A stretch of 62,789 bases of DNA, counting the filler. It is 5 parts of 5 records of this genome, joined end to end, with 100 filler letters (N's around TTAATTAATTAA, not from the genome) between each part and the next. Parts side by side here need not be neighbours in the genome. Positions count along the whole stretch, not along the records: positions 36,784 to 52,325 come from SRR31147125_4934; 4 more parts are not named here. One strand, 5' to 3'. This document shows positions 40,475 to 51,388 of this stretch, one piece after another. Position 1 is the stretch's first letter. Each line of letters begins with the position of its first letter. The notes under the pieces were generated by a model that was given only the letters and a program-made list of their open reading frames with translations, was not told where the DNA came from and searched no databases. Made by a program: the position numbers and the translations under genes.

Positions 40475-42781
40475 ATGTCGAAGTATAAATACTCTCTCAA
40501 CACAAATGATTACATTAATGAATGTATGGTTAGCGAATTTGAGCAAGTTAGATTTATCGCTAGCAACACTCCATTTGAAAGAGATGATAGCCTAATCGGC
40601 GGTGATTGGAAAAAAGTTTTTTATCCATTAAGAAAAGAGTACCTTGAAAATAAAGAGATAACAAGTCATAAATTTCCAGAAATGGAGATTAAAAAGTTTT
40701 ATATAGGGTTTGAAAATAACAGGGTTGAGTTTTCCGGTTTTTGGCATGAATGTCATACCTTGAGTTATTATTCAAAATTCACTTTAAACTCAAACTCAGA
40801 AAAATCCTACAAGTTTAAACTTACTACTTGTGGCTCAGTAAAAATATGGATCGATGGCGTTGAATCTACTGAATTTTCTCCCTATTCCAGAAATGTTGGA
40901 AGTACTAAGGAGATAGAATTAGACCTTAAAAAGGGGAAAAACGAAATTATTGTTTCGTGTAAGGACTTAGCTGAAAGAGATTGTAATAACTTTTACTCTT
41001 TACAATTAATTGATAATGAAACACTTGAAGTGGAGTTACCAGTTGAGGTAGATACAGAAAAGGTCAAATATATTGAGAAGCTACTAAAAAACTCTTATTT
41101 AGATAAAGAAAATTATCTAAGCGGCGATATCAAAATACTCTTTACTGAAAAAAATAAAACAGAGTTTGAGTATAGCATTAAACATGCTAGCACAGCAATA
41201 TCATGGGATTCTCCTGAAGGCAATGATGAAAGTAATAAAAGAAAAATGTTAATTAATCAAGATGAGATCACTTTAGGAAATTCTGAGCTTTTACCAATTG
41301 ATTTCCATCAAATACTTCTCGAAGTGAACTTAGGGGATGTTGTACTGAAAAGAGAATATAATGTTGAGGTTTACCCCATCAAAGAGGAGCTAAATGCAAA
41401 CTCTGATATCAAAGAAAGAAAAAAACAAGCATTAGCATTCTTTAAAAAACATGGTATGACTAAAATGCAGAAGGTTTTCTCATTTATCAATAATGGCACC
41501 CTGGAAGAAAAAGGAAAAACTATATTAAAGGGAGAGATTGAAAAAATCAAAAAAAGATTTGACTGTAGTGATTTCCTAATGCCTGCCTTAATACTACTAT
41601 ATAGAAACTATAAAGATATTTTTACCAAAGAGGAACTTGAGGAGATCAAGGAGACTATCCTCAACTATAGATACTGGATGGATGAACCGGGAAATGATTG
41701 TATGTGGTTCTTCAGTGAAAATCATGCTCTTTGTTTCCACGCTTCAGAGATTTTAGCTGGGGAGACATTTAAAAATGAAGTTTTTCCTAACTCAGGAATG
41801 ACTGGAAATGAACATATAAAAAAAGCCGAGGAGTTATTAAACAACTGGTTTGATAGATTTGAAAAATATGGTTATATCGAATGGAACTCAGCAGTTTATT
41901 TGCCAATTGATCTGATTGGATACTTTGCTCTATATGAACTGGTTGAAAATAAGAGAATCAAAGCAAGAGTAAAAAATGCTCTTGATAAAACATTCCAGTT
42001 ATTTGCAGAAAATAACTACAAAGGAATTATTGCATCCAGTCACGGTAGAGTATATGAAAAAGAGCTTAGAGGTAGGAGGTCTGTTGAAGCCTCTGCTTTA
42101 TCTTGGATAGCATGGGGAGAGGGATACCTCAATCAACATGTCTTTGCTACCGCTCTATTTGCTGTCTCTTCATATGAACCTCCAAAAGAGCAGCAAGAGA
42201 TCGCAGTATACTCTTCACCTGAAGCCGGTGAATACAAAACAATTGAAGGCGTAGATGAAGTAAAACTATATATGTATAAAAGCTGTAACTACTCAATGGC
42301 AAGTGCCCTTGAATATAAGCCATTTACTTTTGGGCATCAGGAACATGTGTTTCAAGCAAATATCGGGAAATATCCTGAGAGCCAAATATGGATAAATCAT
42401 CCAGGTGAGAATAAAATTAACGGTATGGGAAGGCCTAGCTATTTCGGTGGTAACGGTGTTTTACCAAAGGTGTCACAAGATAAAGATAAAGCTGTTCTAG
42501 AGTTTGATATTTTAGAAAAACATGAAGTTGATTTCACTCATTGTTACTGTCCACTAGAGTATTTTGATGAATATCGTAAGGTGGAAGACTGGTTCTTTGT
42601 AAAAAAAGACAATGGTTTTATCGCTATTCACGCTAAAAACGGACTTGAGGTAACTAAAAGTGGACCATTAAAGAATAGAGAATTGAAATCTCATGGTAGA
42701 AAAAATATCTGGACTGTTCAAGTTGGGTCAACTCATGAGTGGAATGATTTTGATAACTTTATTAAAAACATTACTAAATAA
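40475..42781 (+). CDS. 768-aa uncharacterised protein, probably carbohydrate-active (helical core + C-terminal beta domain)
   Basis: Long clean ORF with AAGGAGG RBS; aromatic/His-rich blocks 'FDCSDF', 'YRYWMDEPGND.MWFFSENH', 'EWNSAVY', 'WINHPGE', 'RPSYFGGNG.LP'; first gene of the GH105-ABC operon. Confidence 0.75.
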   Translation: MSKYKYSLNTNDYINECMVSEFEQVRFIASNTPFERDDSLIGGDWKKVFYPLRKEYLENKEITSHKFPEMEIKKFYIGFENNRVEFSGFWHECHTLSYYSKFTLNSNSEKSYKFKLTTCGSVKIWIDGVESTEFSPYSRNVGSTKEIELDLKKGKNEIIVSCKDLAERDCNNFYSLQLIDNETLEVELPVEVDTEKVKYIEKLLKNSYLDKENYLSGDIKILFTEKNKTEFEYSIKHASTAISWDSPEGNDESNKRKMLINQDEITLGNSELLPIDFHQILLEVNLGDVVLKREYNVEVYPIKEELNANSDIKERKKQALAFFKKHGMTKMQKVFSFINNGTLEEKGKTILKGEIEKIKKRFDCSDFLMPALILLYRNYKDIFTKEELEEIKETILNYRYWMDEPGNDCMWFFSENHALCFHASEILAGETFKNEVFPNSGMTGNEHIKKAEELLNNWFDRFEKYGYIEWNSAVYLPIDLIGYFALYELVENKRIKARVKNALDKTFQLFAENNYKGIIASSHGRVYEKELRGRRSVEASALSWIAWGEGYLNQHVFATALFAVSSYEPPKEQQEIAVYSSPEAGEYKTIEGVDEVKLYMYKSCNYSMASALEYKPFTFGHQEHVFQANIGKYPESQIWINHPGENKINGMGRPSYFGGNGVLPKVSQDKDKAVLEFDILEKHEVDFTHCYCPLEYFDEYRKVEDWFFVKKDNGFIAIHAKNGLEVTKSGPLKNRELKSHGRKNIWTVQVGSTHEWNDFDNFIKNITK

Positions 42782-42807
42782 ATTGAAATATTAAGGAGTG
42801 TATTACA

Positions 42808-43887
42808 TTGATCGATAAAAACATTTTCAATGAAAAAATAATAATGCTCGAACAAAGCTTACAAGAGATCTTGTACGATAAAGATGAAGTTTTCATTGAA
42901 AACATGAAAAAAATTGGAAAAGATGCAAGTAAATTTGTTCTTTGGGAGTGGCAACAAGGTGTTGGTGTCTACGGTTTATTCAAATGTTACGAGCACTCAA
43001 AAGAACAAAAATATCTGAACGCTATTGAAAGCTGGCTAACAGACAGGTTAAATGACGGGTTGCCTGAAAAAAACGTAAATACAGTAATCCCACTGCTTAC
43101 TATGGCTTGTTATCATGAAATCAATCCAAAGCCTGAATATAAAGAGATTATGTTTGAATGGGCTGAATGGATAATGAATGTGATGCCTCGAACAAAAGAG
43201 GGAGGAATTCAACACACTACTTCGGATTGTTTAAACTTAGGCGAACTCTGGGATGACACTCTGTTTATGACGGTTCTGTTTTTAGCAAAAGTAGGAGTTA
43301 TCTTTAATAAACAGGATTATATCGACGAGGCCGTTAAACAGTTCCTTGTTCATACTAAATATCTCGCTGATCCTGAGACAGGACTGTGGTATCACGGTTG
43401 GACATTCGAAGGTGCTCATCATTTTGCTGGAGCATTATGGGGAAGAGGTAACAGTTGGATTACAATGGGCATTCCTGAATTTATTGAAATTACTAACTTA
43501 GAGGGTCCAACTAAAGAGTTTCTAATCAATACTTATATCAGACAAGTTGAAGCTTTGGCAAAATACCAACATGAAAGCGGTATGTGGAGAACTCTTATAA
43601 ATAAAGATGATTCATATTTCGAAACTTCTGCGACAGCTGGTTTTACTTATGGAATATTAAAAGGAGTAAGACTAGGGTATTTGGATAAAAATTATCATAA
43701 TAACGGCATGAAAGGCTTGGAAGCTGTACTTTCAAATATAGACGATACTGGCGAAGTTAAACAAGTTTCATATGGAACTGCAATGGGACATAACTTGGAT
43801 TTTTATAAAAATATACCTCTACAAAGAATGGCATACGGACAATCAATGGCAATGTTAGCTCTCGTTGAAGGCTTAAATCATATTTAA
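42808..43887 (+). CDS. unsaturated (rhamno)galacturonyl/glucuronyl hydrolase, GH105 (YteR/RhiN-like)
   Basis: 'WEWQQGVG', 'LWDDTLFM', 'TGLWYHGW', 'WGRGNSW', 'ETSATAG', 'YGQ'. Confidence 0.9.
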   Translation: MIDKNIFNEKIIMLEQSLQEILYDKDEVFIENMKKIGKDASKFVLWEWQQGVGVYGLFKCYEHSKEQKYLNAIESWLTDRLNDGLPEKNVNTVIPLLTMACYHEINPKPEYKEIMFEWAEWIMNVMPRTKEGGIQHTTSDCLNLGELWDDTLFMTVLFLAKVGVIFNKQDYIDEAVKQFLVHTKYLADPETGLWYHGWTFEGAHHFAGALWGRGNSWITMGIPEFIEITNLEGPTKEFLINTYIRQVEALAKYQHESGMWRTLINKDDSYFETSATAGFTYGILKGVRLGYLDKNYHNNGMKGLEAVLSNIDDTGEVKQVSYGTAMGHNLDFYKNIPLQRMAYGQSMAMLALVEGLNHI

Positions 43888-43907
43888 TAAAAAGGAGCAA
43901 TAAAGCA

Positions 43908-44804
43908 ATGAAACATTATAAACTCTCAAAAAAGGAAAGATTTATTAATTTCATAACTCCATATCTTTTTGTGACGCCAAACCTTATAATCTTTATCTTG
44001 TTTTTCGTAATCCCAGTTACCATAGGGTTTAGTTATGCATTTACTGATTATGATGGCTTATTTCAAATGAATTTTGTTGGACTAGAAAATTTTAAAGCTT
44101 TACTTACTGATGATCTTTTCTGGACAGTGGTAAAAAATACATTTATTTACGTTGTATTAATGGTTCCATTTTTATATTTCACATCGCTCTTTGTAGCCTA
44201 TGTAATGACAAGAAAATTTGTATTTTTTAAAGGGATCTTTCGATCAGTATATTATTGGCCCGTACTTGTATCTGGTATCATTGTTGGTCTAACATGGAAA
44301 TGGATACTTGGGAACAACTTTGGAATATTAAACTATATTTTAACACAGATACATCTAACTCCAATTGGTTGGTTAACCGAAAGTATTCCGTCAAAATTTG
44401 CAATTGTAATAGCTACTTTATGGACTAGAGTAGGCTTTTTCATGGTTATATTCATGGGAGGGCTTGAAAGTATTCCTGAAACTTACTACGAAGCCGCAGC
44501 TATTGACGGAGCAACATCTAGAGATATTTTCTGGAAAATAACTCTACCATTACTAAAACCAACTAGCTTTTTAGTTTTAGTTTTATCAACTATGGAATCA
44601 TTTAAAGCATATCCTCTTATCCTTGCATTAACAGGAGGAGGTCCTGGTAGTAGTACAACCCTTATTATTCAATATATCTACCAAGAAGGTTTTGAAAGAA
44701 TGAACGTTGGATATGCAAGTGCTGTTTCAATGGTTATGGTTGTACTAATGGCATCTATGACTATTGTACAATTCAAAATGAACAAAGGAGGGAAAATCGA
44801 ATAA
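43908..44804 (+). CDS. carbohydrate ABC transporter permease 1
   Basis: 'FVGLENF', EAA motif 'YYEAAAIDGA', 'ITLPLLKP', 'GYASA'. Confidence 0.93.
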   Translation: MKHYKLSKKERFINFITPYLFVTPNLIIFILFFVIPVTIGFSYAFTDYDGLFQMNFVGLENFKALLTDDLFWTVVKNTFIYVVLMVPFLYFTSLFVAYVMTRKFVFFKGIFRSVYYWPVLVSGIIVGLTWKWILGNNFGILNYILTQIHLTPIGWLTESIPSKFAIVIATLWTRVGFFMVIFMGGLESIPETYYEAAAIDGATSRDIFWKITLPLLKPTSFLVLVLSTMESFKAYPLILALTGGGPGSSTTLIIQYIYQEGFERMNVGYASAVSMVMVVLMASMTIVQFKMNKGGKIE

Positions 44805-45628
44805 TGAAAGAGAAAAATGTAGTAATCTTTGGATATAACGTTTCGGCGCTTTTAATAGCCTTTATTATGTTATTTCCTGTGTTTTGGGTTCTTATGAGTT
44901 CTTTCAAAGGTGCAAATGAATTATTTTCCTACCCTTTAACAATATTTCCCAAAAACTTTACTTTGGAAAACTATAAAACCATATTAGCTGAGAGTGATTT
45001 TTTAAGATATTTCTTTAATACAACTTTCGTTGCTGTTATGTCAACAATTATAACTGTTGCAATAAATACAATGTGTGGATACGCATTTGCAAAACTAGAA
45101 TTCAAAGGAAGAGATTTCCTATTTATAGCATTTTTATGTACATCTATGGTTCCAACTTTACTAATCATGAGTCCTACATTTACTGTTATTAGTAAAATAG
45201 GATTATACAACAGCTTGTGGGGAATTATCATTCCACCAGCAGCGACACCTACTGGAATATTCTTAATGAGACAGTTTTTTATGACTATTCCTGAGTCACT
45301 GTCTGAAGCTGCTAGGATAGAGGGAGCTAATGAATGGCAGATATTTACTAAAATAATGATTCCATTAACAAAACCTGCTGTATCAATCTTAGTTATCTTC
45401 TCTATGATGTGGAGATGGAATGACTTTGTTTGGCCACTAATAGTTATTAGTGATCCAAGGAAGTATACACTGCAATTAGCACTAGCTAATCTGGCAGGGG
45501 AGAACAGAATTGATTGGTCAAGCTTACTTGCATCTTCTGTTATCTCAATGATTCCTTTATTAATAGTATTCTTAATTTTCCAAAAGTATATCATGAATGG
45601 TATGGTTACTGCTGGAATGAAAGATTAA
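44804..45628 (+). CDS. carbohydrate ABC transporter permease 2
   Basis: 'GYAFAK..FKGR', 'EAARIEGA', 'WNDFVWPL'. Confidence 0.93.
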   Translation: MKEKNVVIFGYNVSALLIAFIMLFPVFWVLMSSFKGANELFSYPLTIFPKNFTLENYKTILAESDFLRYFFNTTFVAVMSTIITVAINTMCGYAFAKLEFKGRDFLFIAFLCTSMVPTLLIMSPTFTVISKIGLYNSLWGIIIPPAATPTGIFLMRQFFMTIPESLSEAARIEGANEWQIFTKIMIPLTKPAVSILVIFSMMWRWNDFVWPLIVISDPRKYTLQLALANLAGENRIDWSSLLASSVISMIPLLIVFLIFQKYIMNGMVTAGMKD

Positions 45629-45739
45629 TTTTTATATAGTCTTATGTGGGGGTGAGTTATGAACTAAGGATATAAAAGTCTGAGGGTATATCGGTAAAAT
45701 TAAGTAACTACATTCTAATCAAAAAATAAGGAGGAAACA

Positions 45740-46987
45740 ATGAAGAAAAGATTATCACTTTTATTACTGTTATCATTAATGACTCTGTTATCGACACAGT
45801 CATTTGCATTATTTGGTTTTGGAAAAAAGAAAAAAGGTCCAAAAGTTATTCAATTTATGGTTTCTGATGATAAGCTAGAGGGTGCCCCTATTGCTCAGAT
45901 GGCTGAAAAATATAATGCTATGCAAGATGAGGTTAAAATTCAAGTAGTTGAATTACCTTATAAAGACGCAAGAGCAAAAGTTAAAACAATGATCTCTGCT
46001 AAAAAGCCACCTGCATTAATGAAAGTCTCTGGAATCGATGAGTTCGCTGGTGCTTTACTTGAATTAGATGATATTATTGATAGAAATGCTTATACTTCTG
46101 GTGTAAGAAATGAAATGACATTAGGTGGAGGAAGCGTGCTTGCTATGCCTCTTAATTTAACTGTAAATGGTATGTTATACAACAAAGATCTATTCAAAAA
46201 AGCCGGAGTTAAAGTTCCTACTGGAGCAGATGACGTATGGACTTGGGAAGAATGGGAAGAAGCAGTTAAAACTGTAGTTGAAAAAACTGAAGCTAGATTC
46301 GGAATGGTGTTTGACTACTCTGAGCACAGATGGAAAACTATGATGTACCAATTCGGTGGATACCAATTCGACGAAGAGGGAAATCCTAAACATAACAACC
46401 CTGAAAACAGAGCTGCTTTAAAATACTTTATTCACCTTCACGAAGTTGGGATCATTCCTGAAGACGTATGGTTAGGTGGAGAAGATTCATCAAACTTATT
46501 TAAAACTGGTACTGTTGCAACAATTTACTCGGGAAGCTGGAGAGTGTTAGACTATGCTAAATCAATTGATAGCTTCGATTGGGGAGTAGTATTAATGCCA
46601 AAAGCTAAAATGAGATCTACTATCATTGGTGGAAACTACATTGCTGCTTTCAAAGGAAGTGGATATGAAAAAGAAGCTAAAGATTTCATCAAATGGGTAA
46701 ATGAAGACGCTAACTACACTGAACTTTCTAAATATGGAAACTATATTCCTGCTAGACAGGGTATCACTCCAAAATATGAAGTTGGTGGAGATTCTAATAA
46801 CGTATTTGCACTAGAAGCTGCTTATGTTTCTGATAAAGCTCTTAACGATAAATATCAAGCAAATAAATACAAAGGTTGGTCAAACATCTTAAGAAAGAAC
46901 TTAGTATTTGCTCTTCAAGGTGAAAAAACAATCGATGAAGCTTTATCTGATACAGAAAAAGAGTTCTTAAAAACTAAGAAGAAATAG
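45740..46987 (+). CDS. sugar ABC transporter solute-binding protein (family 1)
   Basis: Cleavable signal peptide without a lipobox; 'YNKDLFKKAGV', 'WTWEE', 'FKTG', 'GSW'. Confidence 0.9.
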   Translation: MKKRLSLLLLLSLMTLLSTQSFALFGFGKKKKGPKVIQFMVSDDKLEGAPIAQMAEKYNAMQDEVKIQVVELPYKDARAKVKTMISAKKPPALMKVSGIDEFAGALLELDDIIDRNAYTSGVRNEMTLGGGSVLAMPLNLTVNGMLYNKDLFKKAGVKVPTGADDVWTWEEWEEAVKTVVEKTEARFGMVFDYSEHRWKTMMYQFGGYQFDEEGNPKHNNPENRAALKYFIHLHEVGIIPEDVWLGGEDSSNLFKTGTVATIYSGSWRVLDYAKSIDSFDWGVVLMPKAKMRSTIIGGNYIAAFKGSGYEKEAKDFIKWVNEDANYTELSKYGNYIPARQGITPKYEVGGDSNNVFALEAAYVSDKALNDKYQANKYKGWSNILRKNLVFALQGEKTIDEALSDTEKEFLKTKKK

Positions 46988-46993
46988 AAAAAT

Positions 46994-47095
46994 GATGAAG
47001 ACAATTAATCCAATAATCCAGTATATTAGAGATATAGTTAAAAACTAATCTCTCTACACGTAATTATATATACTAATTAGGATTTTGTCTTCATC
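46994..47095. repeat. ~100-nt nested imperfect hairpin after the solute-binding protein gene
   Basis: GATGAAGACAA/TTGTCTTCATC closing stem; inner pairs AATCC/GGATT, AGTATA/TATACT, AGAGA/TCTCT, TAGTT/AACTA. Confidence 0.7.
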
Positions 47096-47243
47096 TTAAT
47101 TATATCCATTAGCTAAATAAAGAAGTTATTGGAATGCCCCGTTGATAATTGCTTTAACAATAAATGAATTAAAAGGGAATTTGAAGAGATTATAAATTAA
47201 TAGTTACTAAAGGGAATCAATACTAATTAAAAAGGGGTTTAAA

Positions 47244-48973
47244 ATGAAAATAGGTAATAAATTGTCTTTAGGTTTTTTTATAATTATTTCATCATTGTTG
47301 CTTCTTTCTGGTATATTTATTTATTCCAATAAAATCTCAATTAATGAATTAAACAATATTAATTTAAAAACAGAGCAAATAAGTAATAATAATTCTGTTT
47401 TAATTACAACACAAATTGGAAAGGATTTTTTATCCTCAGAGTTTACTCCAAACATTATTTTACTAAGTTATGCTAAAAGCAAAAGTAAACTTTATAATTA
47501 TTCTAGAAGTGCCACAAATGGTTTAGATTCATTTACAATAACTATACAGGATATAGAAAACATTGAAGAGGTTTTAAAAATATCAAGTGAACTTAAAGAA
47601 GATCTTAAAAAGTTAACACAAAAAAAGAAGGATGAAATTATAAAGGGGATCGACGTAAGCGATTCAGCTATTAATTTAAAAATAATTCTAGCAAAAGTTA
47701 AAAAAATTAATATACTGCTAAAACCCTTTTTAAGTGATTCTCAACTTCAAAATACTACAATAATTAATGATATAAATAACCTAAGTCTAAATATTACTAA
47801 TATATTAAAATCATTAAATATGAAAAATTTTATTTTGATCTTTATAATTATCATAACTTCAGTTGCTCTATCTTTTTCTTTAACAAAAAGAACAAAGCAT
47901 ATATTCGATACACTTTTTCATTCAATTGAAAAGTTATCAAATCTAGATATTAGTACTACACATCTAAAACAAAATAAGAAAAAAGCTCTTTTGAACAAGA
48001 ATTTTTAATTAAAGGATTTCATAAAATAACAAACTCATTTAAAAATATTATTTATGAAATAGAGAATAGCTCAAATAATATGAAAGTAGAAGCAGATAAA
48101 ATCTCTACTACTATTCTAAAAAACAGCTCTTCCTCACAACAAATTTCGGCCAATATCTCTGAAATAACAAAAGACATTGGTTTTTCTGTAGACTCTTTAA
48201 AGGATATGAGCAATGAAATTGTGATTATTTCAAAAAATTCAACTGAAATGCTTGAAAACTTTAATACTATTAAAAATGTCAATGAAAATATGCTTAAAGA
48301 AGTTATTGAAGAAAATCAAACTATTGTACATACCACTGCTAAAATTATGTCTATAAGTGACGATATAGAGAAAAATATTCATAAAGTTGAAAAACTAAAA
48401 TCTCTTTCTACTGAAATTACCGAATATGTAAAAAATATATATGGGATAACTGAGCAAACTAATCTACTTGCTCTAAACGCTGCCATCGAAGCTGCAAGAG
48501 CTGGTGAATCAGGTAAAGGTTTTGCAGTTGTTGCTGAAGAAATTCGTAAATTAGCTGGAAATTCTAAAAGTATGGCTGAAGAGATTGAAAACAAAATATT
48601 CGATATCTCCAATAATATAAACGAGACCGTTGATAACTCTAAAAAGAACACTGAAAAAATTTCTGAAATGGTTCATGAAATTAATCGTATTCGAGAAACA
48701 TTTAAAAAAACAGCTGATGTTTTTGTTAATGTCGTTGAATCAATGAAAGGTGTATATTTAGATACAGAGGATCAAACTAATAATTTGCAACAACTTAACA
48801 AAGAATCAGGTAAAAGAATTGATACATTTAAACATATCCTTGTTAGCATTGAAGAGATAAACTTAGCTATGACTGATACCAGCAATTCAATCAATGAGCT
48901 GGTGTATGTTGCTGACACTCTTCTGGATACATCAAATGTTGTTAATGAAACTATCAGTAGGTTTAATCTTTAA
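47244..48973 (+). CDS. methyl-accepting chemotaxis protein; split by a 1-bp frameshift
   Basis: Two-TM sensor part 47244-48008 and signalling part '[34 protein letters not shown]'; frames join near the A6 run at 47979-47984. Confidence 0.9.
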
Positions 48974-49002
48974 GTAAGAACTTTAAATCATATAATATCG
49001 TG

Positions 49003-49043
49003 AAACAGGCTGGTTAAAATTTATTTTGATCAGCCTGTTTTTT
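49003..49043 (+). terminator. intrinsic terminator
   Basis: AAACAGGCTGGTT...GATCAGCCTGTTTTT. Confidence 0.8.
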
Positions 49044-49320
49044 AAATCAACTTAGAAGGATTAGATAATCCCGAAATATTTCAAATTAAGCAGGTTAAAA
49101 ACTTAATTTGAAATAAATAGAGCAAATTTTCTAAAATAAACACCAACATTTTTAATTTTATATCATGATTTATAGAGGTAATATTTAAACTGTAGAGTTT
49201 ATATTTGAATGTAGAAATTTTGAATAGAAAGGAGGGGAAAGTTAGCTTAATATCAGGAAAAATATAAACAAATAATGAAATAGGAGAAACTAAATAGAAT
49301 AGATAAAAGGAGAACATATT

Positions 49321-50418
49321 ATGGAGCTTGAGAAGCTGATAAAGAAAACATTCAGTATGGCAAGTGTGATTATTTTAACTATTCTTTTTGTGAGTTGTTC
49401 TAATGGAGATGTTAAGCATAAAGTTTTGTCCAAACAAGAAAAGGAAGGTTTGGATAATAATGGAATAAAAACCATAAACTCTTTAAGAATAGTAAATGAA
49501 CCTAAATTATTTACAATGAATTATTATGGGGACTATTCTTTTAAGAAATATTTAGAGACAGGCTCTAGTAATGATGATGAGCAGTACAATTTTTTTAAAA
49601 AAGAAAATTTATTTCCAGACAAGAGGCTAATCGGAAAAGGTTCAGCATATTATTGCACATGTATTTCAACTAAAAATAATAACGGAGAAGCTTTATTTGG
49701 AAGAAATTTTGACTGGTATCCACATCCAACGCTATTGTTATATACTCATCCAAAGGATGCATATGCATCAATATCTATGGTTGACACGCATTATTTAGGT
49801 TATAATATTCAAGAATTAAGTGAAGATTATAGTCTAAAAAAATCTTTATTAACAGCACCATATTATCCTATTGATGGAATGAATGAACGTGGAGTCGCTG
49901 TTGGAATTATGCAATTAAATTACTCTAAACCTCCTAAGGAGAAAAATGAAAAAACAATTAGCTCTTTAGCAGCAGTTCGTTTAATTCTTGATTATGCTGC
50001 CAGTGTGGATGAAGCAATTGTGTTGGTTAAAAAATATAATATTCATTTTACCAAAAATGTACCTATTCACTTTTTAGTTTCAGATAAAGATGGAAATTCA
50101 GCGGTTATCGAGTTCCTTGATGAAGATGTTAAAATAGTGAAGAGTAATAAAAAATGGCAAATTTCAACAAACTTCATACTAACCGGCGTAAAGAAAAGTG
50201 ATATTTCTAGCCCTAGATATCTTAGAGCTAAAAAAGTTCTTTTTTCTAATAAAGGAAATCTTAATAAAGAAGAAATGATGCAACTGCTAATTGATGTAAA
50301 ACAGTACAATACGATGTGGTCACTTGTATATGATTTAACCAAGGGTGAATGTGATGTATCAACATATCAAAATTATGAAAACATAAAAACATTTAAACTT
50401 GGTAAGTTTAAAGAATAA
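49321..50418 (+). CDS. linear amide C-N hydrolase (choloylglycine hydrolase/Ntn family), probable lipoprotein
   Basis: Lipobox-like 'FVSC'; nucleophile 'CTCIS', 'LFGRNFDW', 'DGMNERG', 'STNF'. Confidence 0.85.
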   Translation: MELEKLIKKTFSMASVIILTILFVSCSNGDVKHKVLSKQEKEGLDNNGIKTINSLRIVNEPKLFTMNYYGDYSFKKYLETGSSNDDEQYNFFKKENLFPDKRLIGKGSAYYCTCISTKNNNGEALFGRNFDWYPHPTLLLYTHPKDAYASISMVDTHYLGYNIQELSEDYSLKKSLLTAPYYPIDGMNERGVAVGIMQLNYSKPPKEKNEKTISSLAAVRLILDYAASVDEAIVLVKKYNIHFTKNVPIHFLVSDKDGNSAVIEFLDEDVKIVKSNKKWQISTNFILTGVKKSDISSPRYLRAKKVLFSNKGNLNKEEMMQLLIDVKQYNTMWSLVYDLTKGECDVSTYQNYENIKTFKLGKFKE

Positions 50419-50563
50419 AATTGTTAGATAACTATAAATAAAAATTTGATAATGAAATAGGGTATTGGTTGTTTTGGAAAAATCAACATAACTTTAAAGA
50501 TAAGGAAGAAAAGCTATTTAATTAACTAAAGGCATGCCAGTGGCATGCCCTATTTTATTAACT

Positions 50564-51388
50564 TTATAGATACGTTACTGTTGCTTCTGCTCTAGGTGCA
50601 GTTCTTCTGTATTTTACATCAGGGTAACCAACAATCATACAAGATACTACTTTTTTTCCTTCTTTTAAACCTATGAAATCATAGATCTCATTCTTATGCT
50701 CAGCTGCTTTAGTGAAAAAACCACTGAAAAATGTTCCTAAACCAAGTGCATTAATCATAAGTTCCATATTTGATGAAGCCAAACCTCCATTTAAATCTGA
50801 ACCAGAGATAACTAATATTACAGCTGGAGCATTAAAAAATACATTGTCATTTTTCTCATCTTGCTTGTATCCTGCATACATTCTTTCCCATAATTTAGCA
50901 TATCTAACAAACACAGGTTCAACTTTATCTTGATTAGATAAAACATAGTCCGCTAAATTTTTAATTCCTTCATAAGTTAACTCTTTTAACTCATTCATTT
51001 TTTCGCTAATAACAACATACTCAACATCTTGAGTATTTCTAGCTGTTTGTGTAAATCTACCAGCATCAATAATTTGCTTAATTTTTTCTGGTTCTATTGC
51101 CTTATCTTTAAAATGTCTAATACTTCTTCTAAATTTAATAAAATTAAGAAGAGTATCTGGTGATATATCAAATTTTTCTTTATTATATTCAACTATCTCA
51201 TTCATATCATATTCTTCAATAGTTATCGCATTCGCAGGACAGACTGCTATACAGTGACCACATTTTATGCAAGTTTGATTTTTTATCTCCGCTTTAGCAT
51301 TTGCATTCATCACAATATCTCGAGGGAAACAATCCTTCACACACTGCTTACAGCCAATACATTTTTCTTCATTTACAAATAGACTCAT
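50564..51388 (-). CDS. nitroreductase family protein with an N-terminal 4Fe-4S domain
   Basis: 'CIGCKQCVKDC', 'CIKCGHCIAVCP', 'RRSIRHF', 'GYP'. Confidence 0.92.
   Translation of the reverse strand: MSLFVNEEKCIGCKQCVKDCFPRDIVMNANAKAEIKNQTCIKCGHCIAVCPANAITIEEYDMNEIVEYNKEKFDISPDTLLNFIKFRRSIRHFKDKAIEPEKIKQIIDAGRFTQTARNTQDVEYVVISEKMNELKELTYEGIKNLADYVLSNQDKVEPVFVRYAKLWERMYAGYKQDEKNDNVFFNAPAVILVISGSDLNGGLASSNMELMINALGLGTFFSGFFTKAAEHKNEIYDFIGLKEGKKVVSCMIVGYPDVKYRRTAPRAEATVTYL

Noticed and set aside
44971-45594. Long antisense and alternate-frame ORFs over well-supported genes (also 251-511, 7205-7522, 26686-27069, 33576-33971, 53549-53899 and others)
   Set aside because: Shadow ORFs with no motifs or RBS, fully overlapping conserved genes.
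45645-45713. Possible riboswitch between the permease and binding-protein genes
   Set aside because: Only short pairings (AGTTAT/GTAACT, GATATA/TATATC) and no known aptamer consensus. Too weak to call.
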